A DNA stretch of 63,266 nt, filler included, from Myxococcota bacterium (GTDB lineage Bacteria > Myxococcota_C > UBA6777), in NCBI GenBank assembly GCA_023150835.1. It is 3 parts of 3 records of this genome, joined end to end, with 100 filler letters (N's around TTAATTAATTAA, not from the genome) between each part and the next. Parts side by side here need not be neighbours in the genome. Positions count along the whole stretch, not along the records: positions 22,245 to 46,240 come from JAKLKB010000159.1; 2 more parts are not named here. One strand, 5' to 3'. The notes under the pieces were generated by a model that saw nothing but the letters and a program-made list of their open reading frames with translations, made no database searches and was not told the DNA's origin. Below, piece after piece: positions 22,245 to 30,908 of the stretch. Made by a program: the position numbers and the translations under genes. Every line of letters begins with the position of its first letter. The first letter of the stretch is position 1.

Positions 22245-23160
22245 CGTCGCGGATCTGTTCAAGCGCTTGGATGGCGCTTTCGAGCAAGGTGTCGAATCGT
22301 TCTTGTTCGTCTTCGGGGCAGCGAAGTTTTTTACGGGAGATCTGCTTGCTAACTTTGGCGAGCTTTTCTAAAGCACCGATCAATATCTCGTATTCTTTGG
22401 GGAGGGGTTCTTGGGCGGCGACTTTTTGAACGATGGCGTCGACGCCAAGGGTTTGGGCTTCGGAAACGATCTTGCGGATGTCTTTGGTGGGTCGGTCTTT
22501 GACGAGGGGCAAGAGCTTGTCTTGTTCGGAAGGATCGAGCTTGACGAGTTCATTGGCTTGGCCTGCACCGAGTTCTCCGTGTATACGGGCCGCTTTGACT
22601 TGTTCGGAGGATCGGGTTTGGCGCAAGATCGCGCTGCGGATGGCCCCTTCGGAGAGTCCCGTTTTTTGGGCCGTCACTTCGACATAAGAGGACTTTCCGT
22701 CTTCGACATCTGCGGGGGGTTCGGGTGGAGGGGCATCTTGAGAAGGTGAGGCATCGCGCTTGGGGCGTGGGAGTTTGCGTTCCAAGCCTTCCGAGGAAAG
22801 ATCGACTTTCTTGGCGGTAGGATAGAGGGACTCGTAGATCTCACGGCCCCGATTGAGGGCTTGTTCCATCTCCAACGTGTTCAGCGGAAGGCGCATGAGG
22901 TTTTCGTCGATGGATATCAGTTCTTGCATCATGTCATCGAGATCGACGACGACAACAGGGACTTGTTCGATGCCCAAAGAGCGCAAGGCCGCATACCGCC
23001 GTCCCCCCGCCAACAACATCCCTGTGCTGCTGACGATCAACGGATGGATCAAGCCCACCGCTCGGATACTTTTCTTCAATTCTTCGATCCCCGTATCCAA
23101 CCGCAGATACGGATTGGTCACCACGATATCATCGATCGGCATATAACGAACTTGGTTCAT
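22245..23160 (-). CDS. ParB/Srx N-terminal domain protein (3' end truncated by the gap)
   Basis: IEELKKSIRAVGLIHPLIV...LLAGGRRYAAL...ISIDENLMR, followed by an HTH-like segment (AQKTGLSEGAIR). Confidence 0.85.
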
Positions 23161-23341
23161 CGTCGCAAAACCTCCATCACAACGAACGGATCGTCCTTCC
23201 CCTGTAGGTCTGGCCGCTCCACCCCTTGATGCACAAGAGGCGGAACAACGAGGCGAGAGCAGAGGCCGATTTTGTCCGATTATCGGCCTTGTTCAACGCG
23301 CCACTTGTGTTTGCAGGTTATAGAGGTTTGAGGAAGGGAGG

Positions 23342-25645
23342 TCAACCCACACGCGCTCTTCGCATCCACAAAAGCAACAAAAACAACATCCCCATCCAAA
23401 GAGGGGCCGTGTCGGTGGTTTCGCAGGTGCATCCCGAAGTGGAGCGTTCGGTCAAGTCTTCTGTGTTGGACGGAGTATCGGAGGTCGTTTCGGAGGGCGC
23501 AGCATCGGGCAAAGAAGAATCGGCAGGGGTCTCGGAGGCGGCAGGCTCGGAGGGGACAGCATCGGTGGTCGGCTCGGTGTAAAGGGGCTCTTGCGTGGGT
23601 TCGGACGAGACCTCTTGCGGCGATCCATCGGGAGGATTGGACTCGGAGGGCGTCGGTTCGGAGGTCGGTTCGGAGGCAGAAGGCGGCATCAAACGTGCGG
23701 CCTTGAACTGGCGGGGATCTTTGCCTTGCCCGATGCCGGGTGTCCATTCGATGTACCCTTTTCGACCGTTGCCATCGTCGTCATTGAAGAGCAGGCTCAT
23801 AAAAAAGACGGCGTTCGATTGTAGTTTGAGCGGAGAGATCGAGGCAGAGGGGAAAAAGATCTCGTAGATCGTGGTGTCGCCTTGGCGTTTGATCACGGCT
23901 TGAAGGTTGGCGGGATTCGCGCCTTGGGGGATCACGGTGCGCTCCGACTCGACTTTTCCGCCCAAAAGCGCCAAGCCGTACTCATAATCACCGTCGATAT
24001 CGTAGTTTGGGCCTGCTCGATCGGCATCGGCATCAAGGGCGACTTGGAGTGAGTCGCCCATCCATAATGTCCCGGGCGATGCGTTGTTGACGTGTTGATC
24101 GTCCTTGACCCGCGCTGCAAAGTACAAGCCTTGGCTCGACCACATCCACCAAAACTCGACCGAAAGATCCGCATCTCCTGCACGATCCGCCGTCAACTTG
24201 ACGTAGCTCTTGCCATCCAAACGAACGGCGGTAGCGCCCGACCACTCGGGCAGATCGCCATCGATCACGACTTGGGCAGGAGCATGAGCCACAGGATATT
24301 CTTGGATCGGCGGGATACCACCGTCTTGTACCGTGACGTCGACACGTGTTCCGATGGCGATGCCGTGATTGTCTGTGACGGTCAAGGTCACTTGATAGAC
24401 GCCTGCTTTGGCGAAGGTGTGTGTCACTTTTGCCCCTGTCGCGTCTTCGCCGACGCCATCGGTGTGATCGAAGTCCCATGCGTACTTGACGATCTGACCG
24501 TCAGGATCGGTGGAGGCGGAACCATCGAACGAAACGGGCGTATTGGTTTTGACGGTGCGTGCGGCTCCTGCTCGTGGAACAGGTTGGCGAGCCTTGATCA
24601 GATCGCGATACGCCGTCCAAGCGGGCTTTCGCTGCCCGTCGGCGCGCACGATGCCCCATTTATCGGGGATATTGGGATCATCGCGCAGCTCGTAAGGAAA
24701 GACCCGTTTCCACCACGCCCGCCCCAACATCGTGTCGAGCATCTTGGTATATTCGGTGGCTTGGGCGGCTTCGGAGATCTCGTCGGTCTTCCAGCCGATC
24801 TCGGTGATCCAGATCGGCTTTTGAGCGGCTCCTTGGGCCTGAACGGTCGACAAAAAACTCGGATACTCCCACGGCCAGACGCTGCCATCCAAACTCCGCA
24901 TATAGTCCGATTGGTAGGTATGATGTGAGATCACATCGATCGATCCCTTGGCCTGCTTGAGGACTTCTTCGAGCCAAGGCTGCCAAGCATGCGCTTTGTT
25001 TTCCAACGAACTCCCGCCCAGATGCGCAAGATCCAAGGCCACCACCACCGCATCAGGATCGGCCGCTTTAACGGCCTGTGAACCCGGCAACAAGATCGTT
25101 TGCAGATAGGTTTGGATGCGCTGTGCGCGAGGCGTGCTGTCTGCAAACCACAAGAAATGCGTCAAGTTGGGTTCATTCCAGATCCCCCAATGGCTGATCT
25201 TTCCCTTGTATCGGCTCACAACGGCCTGCACAAAACGCGACCAGTCCGCAGGATCTTTGGGACCCGATCGTTCGTTGGCCTGCACGCTTGACGCCGCCCA
25301 GTTCGGGGCATACGCCAACGTCGCATACACATTCAATTGATGTTTGACGGCCATATCCACCAAGCCATCCGCAACGGCCCAGTTGTACTGGCCTTTGCTT
25401 GGCTCCATCGACAACCAGTCAAAGTCCACCCGAATCCATCCCACCCCCAGATCCGTGATCGACGACACCACCGTCGCATTCCCATCCCACCCCAACGTAT
25501 GGATGTTGATCCCAAACGGCGAACCGTACGTCGGCGTCCAACGGTGCGGAACCGCCCCTGCTTCGGCCCCCCAAAAGATCATCAGACCAACCACCCCACA
25601 AGCGATCCACCACCACAAACGACCTACCCACCGCCCAACACACAT
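23342..25645 (-). CDS. Clan GH-A glycoside hydrolase (GH5/GH39-like) with PKD and CBM9-like domains and MYXO-CTERM
   Basis: Signal peptide; WIRVDFDW, IWNEPN (acid/base), IWITEIG (nucleophile); PKD FDGSASTDPDG..YAWDF; DGDLPEW..LYFAARVKDD; P/S/T/E linker; SGCTC-TM-RRAR tail. Confidence 0.88.
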   Translation of the reverse strand: MCVGRWVGRLWWWIACGVVGLMIFWGAEAGAVPHRWTPTYGSPFGINIHTLGWDGNATVVSSITDLGVGWIRVDFDWLSMEPSKGQYNWAVADGLVDMAVKHQLNVYATLAYAPNWAASSVQANERSGPKDPADWSRFVQAVVSRYKGKISHWGIWNEPNLTHFLWFADSTPRAQRIQTYLQTILLPGSQAVKAADPDAVVVALDLAHLGGSSLENKAHAWQPWLEEVLKQAKGSIDVISHHTYQSDYMRSLDGSVWPWEYPSFLSTVQAQGAAQKPIWITEIGWKTDEISEAAQATEYTKMLDTMLGRAWWKRVFPYELRDDPNIPDKWGIVRADGQRKPAWTAYRDLIKARQPVPRAGAARTVKTNTPVSFDGSASTDPDGQIVKYAWDFDHTDGVGEDATGAKVTHTFAKAGVYQVTLTVTDNHGIAIGTRVDVTVQDGGIPPIQEYPVAHAPAQVVIDGDLPEWSGATAVRLDGKSYVKLTADRAGDADLSVEFWWMWSSQGLYFAARVKDDQHVNNASPGTLWMGDSLQVALDADADRAGPNYDIDGDYEYGLALLGGKVESERTVIPQGANPANLQAVIKRQGDTTIYEIFFPSASISPLKLQSNAVFFMSLLFNDDDGNGRKGYIEWTPGIGQGKDPRQFKAARLMPPSASEPTSEPTPSESNPPDGSPQEVSSEPTQEPLYTEPTTDAVPSEPAASETPADSSLPDAAPSETTSDTPSNTEDLTERSTSGCTCETTDTAPLWMGMLFLLLLWMRRARVG

Positions 25646-25833
25646 GGCGGGCCTCCTTTTTCCAATGCGCGTCCTCACCGTGCGCAAACAAGACCTTCCG
25701 CGCACGCTCTCCGATGCAAACACACGCAACATAACACAATCGGGCTGATTCGTGATACTCTCCCGTCGAACAGAGCACTTCTCTGGGCAAAAGCAAAACA
25801 GCCCACCGCCGATCAACGAAAGGAAGGTATTTG

Positions 25834-26742
25834 ATGCGCTTGATTCATCTTGAAAACGAGGATTGGCAAGTCGGGATCTTGCCGGATACGGGCGGAAGTG
25901 TCGCGTATGGCCGCGTGCGCAGCACTAAAGGATGGGTGGATCTCTTGCGTCCGACGCCCGTCGAAGATTACCATCGATCGGGGGCTTGCGCCTCTTTCTT
26001 GATGATGCCTTGGGCCAATCGGATCAAAGAGGGCTTGTATCATGCGATGGATCGGACCTATTCGCTACGAACCGTTCAGGACGACGGAACCGCCCGTCAT
26101 GGCGACGTTCGCCAACGTTCGTGGCAAGTGATCGAAGCAACCACCGCCTCTTGTGTGCTGTCCTTTTCTTCGCGTGATCACGCGGACCTCAACTTTCCCT
26201 TTGCTTTCGCAGCCACACAATCCTTTGGCCTTGAAGGATCGGCATTTTGGATGGAAGCTTCGATCCAAAATACCGACCAAGTCCCCTATCCTGCGGGCTT
26301 TGGCTTTCACCCGTACTTTGTGCGAAGCTCCCCTCCCCCCGAAGTGATGCTCCCATGCGAGGCGATGTTTCCACTCGAACGAGCCCTCCCGATCGGCCCC
26401 CCCACAAAGATCCCCGAAGACGTGGACTTTCGCACCTCGCGCCCACTCTCGGACGCCCATCTCGATCACCTGTTCACCCAACGCCGCTCCCACACACCCG
26501 CCCACATCCTTTTTCCCGCACACCAACAACAACTCACGCTTGATGCCGATCCTGTCTTTGCCCATTCTCTGCTGTACACACCGACAGGAGAGCCCTTCTT
26601 TGCACTCGAACCGCAAACCAACGCCAACGACGGCTTCCGTCTTTTTGCCCAAGGCATCGAAGGAACAGGCGTCTTTGTCTTGCAACCTAGCGCGATCCAA
26701 CGCGGTCGGTTTGTCTTGCGGTGCTCTAATTTTTCTTCGTGA
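25834..26742 (+). CDS. Aldose 1-epimerase family protein
   Basis: MPWANRI, ARHG, GFGFHPYF and FFALEPQTN motifs. Confidence 0.9.
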   Translation: MRLIHLENEDWQVGILPDTGGSVAYGRVRSTKGWVDLLRPTPVEDYHRSGACASFLMMPWANRIKEGLYHAMDRTYSLRTVQDDGTARHGDVRQRSWQVIEATTASCVLSFSSRDHADLNFPFAFAATQSFGLEGSAFWMEASIQNTDQVPYPAGFGFHPYFVRSSPPPEVMLPCEAMFPLERALPIGPPTKIPEDVDFRTSRPLSDAHLDHLFTQRRSHTPAHILFPAHQQQLTLDADPVFAHSLLYTPTGEPFFALEPQTNANDGFRLFAQGIEGTGVFVLQPSAIQRGRFVLRCSNFSS

Positions 26743-26766
26743 ATGTCTCGAACACTTCGGATATGT

Positions 26767-27145
26767 GGGGTTCCACCCCATACGCGCCTTGTTAAGGTGG
26801 AAACACCGGATAGTCTAGCCTGATCGCCTTTTTTTTTCTCCCCCCCTCAATCCCCCCGTGAACGGGGGGAAGTTGGAACGGGCAGCGTCTGCATTTCGTG
26901 CATACAGCGTGCGTCATGAAAAAACAAAATCCCCGAGGCTTCCGACTTTCGCTCCCTCCCCTGTTCACGGGGGAGGGCGGGGAGGGCGGGGTGGGGGGCT
27001 TTCCTCCGCTTCACCTAACGCCTATGGGGTGTCACCCCACGCCCCGCCATAGAGCGCGGCTCCCTTGACCCCGTATTGGCGGAGTGATCAGTGTTTTTCA
27101 AACAAACAGCACCACCGCTTCAAGCGGCGCGAACACGGCTTTTTT
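26767..27145. repeat. Full family A ~250-bp element flanked by GGGG-n-CCCC hairpins, continuing into family B
   Basis: ggggttccacccc-c-ATA-cgcgccttgttaaggtg ... cacctaacgcc-TAT-ggggtgtcacccc, then the family B body to 27145. Confidence 0.85.
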
Positions 27146-27261
27146 CGCCCGACGCACGACTTCCCGATCCGTTGACCAAAAAAATTTTTGGTTGGACTAG
27201 GAACTTTGATCCAACGTGTCGTCTTAACAAACAGAGTCCACAAAGCGGCAGGAGATCAGCG

Positions 27262-28521
27262 ATGCAAGAACAGCCCACCCCCAAACCAGTCCCCACACGC
27301 TGCGCTGTACCCTCGAACCAACGAGCCTTTCGCGCTGAGATCGAACCCCATCTGGCGACACTTCGCCGTCAGATCGCACGCATCGCTCCTGTGGCTGCGG
27401 TCGACGATATCCTCCAAGAAACGCTGCTTTGTGCATGGCGTACATGGCATGATCAAGCCCAACGCAACGGTGGGATCGTCATCGAACGATGGGGATCTTG
27501 GCTGTCCGTCATGGGCCGAAACAAAGCCATCGACTGGCTGCGCCGCGAAGGTCGAAGTCTTCCGATCGCGCCGCTCGCAGAGGCCGAACAGACGGCCTGT
27601 ACGCACATCTCTCCCGAAAACCGCATCGCTCAACAACAAGGGCTTCACTTGGTTCACACAGCCGTCGCAGAACTGCCGCCCCGCCAACGCTCCGTGATCG
27701 CGCTGCGCTCCCTCCAAGAAAACGAAGTCGCACAAACCGCACAAGTACTCGATATCGCCGAAAAAACGGTCTATGCCACCGAAGCCCACGCACGCGAACG
27801 ACTCAAACATCACCCGATCATGCGCGAAGCATGGACCTTGTTGTCTGCTGTCGGGGCGATGGCATGGGCTCTCTTGGGGCGCGGAAAACAACTGCTCGCT
27901 CACTCTTTCAGTACAGCCAAAGCAGCTTCCCAAACCGCGATCTTGAGCAAAGCCAGCGTATCCGTGTGGACAAGTGCCGTGACAACGGCCTCTGTGGTCG
28001 GCGTGTTCTCGCTCACACCACGCCCACAAACCGATGTCATCACCGTCTCGCCGATCACGTCTTTCTCTTCGACCGCCTCGGCCTCGTCTGCGACTTCAAC
28101 GGACGCCAGCACCCCAACCCATCCGTCAGAAAGCCACAGCCCTCGCCGTCTGAAACAAAGACCGATGCAAACGCATCCAACGCGATCCCCCGTACCCAAC
28201 CGCGCCAAAGCGCATACCCTCCAAGGAGCCGATGCCATGAAGATCAAATCTATCCTTGCCGCCGCCATGATCTCGTCCAGTCTGCTCGGCGCGAACCTCG
28301 CCGATGCCAAGCCCCAAGCCAAACCAGAACCCGCCAACCAAAGCCCCTACATGTACCGAAAAGTCACCAAGATCGACTTTGAAGCCACCACTCTTACGGG
28401 TGGACTCGAAAAGCCCATGATGTCCCTCTACTCAGGCCGCGCACGAAACAAAATGAAAAGTCTGATCACCTTCCGTAAAAACTTCCGCCTCCGCCTCCAA
28501 GAATCCGCCACCAACCTCTAA
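27262..28521 (+). CDS. ECF-type sigma-70 factor with a long C-terminal extension ending in a CglF/GltF-like module
   Basis: Region 2 DDILQETLLCAW, WLSVMGRNKAIDWLRR; region 4 LPPRQRSVIALR...AQVLDIAEKTV; AGGAG RBS. Confidence 0.85.
   Translation: MQEQPTPKPVPTRCAVPSNQRAFRAEIEPHLATLRRQIARIAPVAAVDDILQETLLCAWRTWHDQAQRNGGIVIERWGSWLSVMGRNKAIDWLRREGRSLPIAPLAEAEQTACTHISPENRIAQQQGLHLVHTAVAELPPRQRSVIALRSLQENEVAQTAQVLDIAEKTVYATEAHARERLKHHPIMREAWTLLSAVGAMAWALLGRGKQLLAHSFSTAKAASQTAILSKASVSVWTSAVTTASVVGVFSLTPRPQTDVITVSPITSFSSTASASSATSTDASTPTHPSESHSPRRLKQRPMQTHPTRSPVPNRAKAHTLQGADAMKIKSILAAAMISSSLLGANLADAKPQAKPEPANQSPYMYRKVTKIDFEATTLTGGLEKPMMSLYSGRARNKMKSLITFRKNFRLRLQESATNL
28237..28521 (+). CDS. Nested in-frame CglF/GltF-like secreted small protein (94 aa)
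   Basis: Own AAGGAG RBS, signal peptide MKIKSILAAAMISSSLLGANLADA, then YRKVTKIDFEATTLTGGLEKP...SLITFRKNF...LQESATNL, resembling myxobacterial CglF (from memory). Confidence 0.6.
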   Translation: MKIKSILAAAMISSSLLGANLADAKPQAKPEPANQSPYMYRKVTKIDFEATTLTGGLEKPMMSLYSGRARNKMKSLITFRKNFRLRLQESATNL

Positions 28522-28618
28522 CCACCACCCACCCGTGCGAACAAGTCAAGGCGATTTTTCGATCGCGAACAGGCGGGCGCGCAAGAGATAAGGCGAGTAA
28601 CCCACCCGTGCGAACAAG

Positions 28619-29269
28619 TCAAGGCGATTTTTCGATGGCTTGGCCGTTCAACGTGATCCCCCTCTGACCGGCTTCTAGATCGATGCGCTCCCGAAGCAAC
28701 CGAGGCTGGAGGATCTGGATATCCTCCGATATCCACGGTGGATTGTGCGTCATCGAAGAGCCACCCACAAAGATATCTGTGTAGTACACCGAAGCACCGA
28801 TCTCATTGTCTTGGATCGTGCAATTCTTCGCCCCCATCACGATGATCGCCATCTTCTCGTGATCATGGATGCGGTTTTTTGCCACAACGATCTGCTTGGC
28901 TTCGTATCGTTGGGCCAAACCTTCGGGCAAGATCACGATCTCGTCGCTGACTTGGCCACAAGCGATCGCGGCATTGCCACAAAACGAGATATCGTTTTCG
29001 GATATCTCCCCATCAAACGAGCCACCTTTCGCAACGATGCACATCCCCGAGCGATTTTTGATGTCATGCACTTTGTTCTTGGTGACGCGAAAACGTTTGG
29101 CGGCCACCATATCGATCCCTTGTTCCGCCGTCGATCCCGAGACATCATTACGCATCCCCGCTTTCACCACCACCACCGCATCAGACGTCTGGTTCGCCGA
29201 CTTTTTAGGCGCGCAAGCAACGCCAAAGCCCAACACCGCCAAAGCCCAACACCAAAAGCCAATTCGCAT
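28619..29269 (-). CDS. Lipoprotein with right-handed parallel beta-helix repeats
   Basis: Lipobox FGVA-C; repeated V..N.(V/I)HD / I..N.I motifs. Confidence 0.75.
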   Translation of the reverse strand: MRIGFWCWALAVLGFGVACAPKKSANQTSDAVVVVKAGMRNDVSGSTAEQGIDMVAAKRFRVTKNKVHDIKNRSGMCIVAKGGSFDGEISENDISFCGNAAIACGQVSDEIVILPEGLAQRYEAKQIVVAKNRIHDHEKMAIIVMGAKNCTIQDNEIGASVYYTDIFVGGSSMTHNPPWISEDIQILQPRLLRERIDLEAGQRGITLNGQAIEKSP

Positions 29270-29478
29270 GATCTTTGCCCCTCTCGCGGTCCGTCAACTT
29301 CGCAGTACTCCACGAACACAAGCGCCGCCCAATCTTCCGTAGGTTGCAACACTGTCCAAAGCAAGACGCGACAAACACCCTTGCTTGCCATTCGTTCGGC
29401 AATCAAACGCCCGTCGTTCGGCAATTTACCGCCCTTGCTCGACAATTGGTGCCACGCTCCACAACACGGCACAAGCCC

Positions 29479-29590
29479 CCTCAAAAGAAACGTACCCCCA
29501 ACCCCAGCGAAAGTGACGCAGCCGCTCTCGCCGCCGAGGAAAAGTCTTTGCCTCAAAAGAAACGTACCCCCAACCCCAGCGAAAGTGACG
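29479..29590. repeat. 40-bp direct duplication of the 3' end of the beta-barrel gene
   Basis: cctcaaaagaaacgtacccccaaccccagcgaaagtgacg at 29479-29518 and 29551-29590. Confidence 0.9.
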
Positions 29591-30392
29591 GCGCGATGTT
29601 GTACTGCTGCAAGATCAAATGCACGATCTCGCTTGCACGACCAGCCTTTTCTTGTGCTTGCTTTTTGTACTCGGCTGGAACCTCGCTCTGAAAATGCGTC
29701 GATATCACGATATCGTGACCGATCACTTTCGAGATCCCCACCCCCAAACGAAGATTTAACACGGAAAACAACAACCATTCCCAACCGATCTCCGCTGTCG
29801 CAAAAGAAAGGCTTGCATTCACTTTGTATTGCGTCGATTGCAAAAGCGCTTGCGAAGCCTCAAACCCCGTGGATACATCCGCCATCGAAGACGCTTGGAC
29901 TTGACCGCGTAAACGCCACTGCACATAGCTCAATCCCATGTAAAATCCGTGTTTTTCTAAAGGACGCCACTCTAACTGCGCTCTCCACACAAAAAAACTC
30001 TGCGTGAAATCCTCGATGATCTTTCCCGTCTGAAGGCCGTATGTATCCATCCCTATAAGCATTTTGTTGATCTCTTGAACGTACACACGTTGTACTACCC
30101 CGAACGATGCCGCAAAACGTACCCCCCCCGGCACTTGCAACGCGATCCGTGCGCCTGTTTCAAAGGGCAAATTCAAACTTGCCTCTAAATAAAGATGCCA
30201 AAAACCTTGGCGCTCCGCACATCGGTTGGCGAGTAACTCTGATTCCACACGCTCTAAGCCACCACAAGGGGCCGCAACAGCAGGAAGCGCAAGCCCCCAC
30301 ACCCCCCAAAAAACAAACAGTTTCAACGCTCTGTACTTGCCTCCAAAACGACACACAAACGCCCAGAGAGACGGTCCAAACGCCTTTTTCAT
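29553..30392 (-). CDS. Putative outer-membrane beta-barrel protein
   Basis: Signal-like N-terminus, alternating hydrophobic strands, C-terminal PSLSLGLGVRFF (BAM-type aromatic end). Confidence 0.7.
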   Translation of the reverse strand: MKKAFGPSLWAFVCRFGGKYRALKLFVFWGVWGLALPAVAAPCGGLERVESELLANRCAERQGFWHLYLEASLNLPFETGARIALQVPGGVRFAASFGVVQRVYVQEINKMLIGMDTYGLQTGKIIEDFTQSFFVWRAQLEWRPLEKHGFYMGLSYVQWRLRGQVQASSMADVSTGFEASQALLQSTQYKVNASLSFATAEIGWEWLLFSVLNLRLGVGISKVIGHDIVISTHFQSEVPAEYKKQAQEKAGRASEIVHLILQQYNIAPSLSLGLGVRFF

Positions 30393-30595
30393 GGTTCACC
30401 GATGCCTTTCTGTCACGATGCAGCTCAACCCCCATCGCTGCGAGCGCGCCGATAGCCAGATCGCTCCACCGCCCCCATCACATCCCGTTGTTCTTCTCTT
30501 TTCGATTCAATCAAACAAAACGGAAGCGACAAACAAAGGCTTGAGGGGCAAACAAAAAATTGTTTCGATTTCCCTACAGGAGCCACACAGTTTTT

Positions 30596-30719
30596 CAAAA
30601 ACCCCCGTGCTCGCGGCACTTCAATCGGCACCGCGATGGGTTTGAAAAACGCCTGCTTGCCCCGCCGACACGGGGTCAAGGGGCCTGCGGTCTATGGCGG
30701 GGTGTGGGGTGGCACCCCA
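30596..30719 (-). repeat. Family B repeat (reverse)
   Basis: aaaaacccccgtgctcgc...tttgaaaa...ggggtcaagggg...ggggtggcacccca. Confidence 0.8.
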
Positions 30720-30908
30720 AACACAACCGCACCGCTGCCCTCAGAGTGAATCAGGATTCAGAATTCAACTTGAAAGATCAAGGATTTGGAAGGAAAAAAC
30801 AGGATTGCTTTGTTGGGAAGGAATCGTTATAGTGTGCCGCGTTTTGAAGGTACGTTGGCGAGCATTGTCGATGTATTTGTTTTTGTTTGTGATTTTTTCG
30901 GAGGGCGT

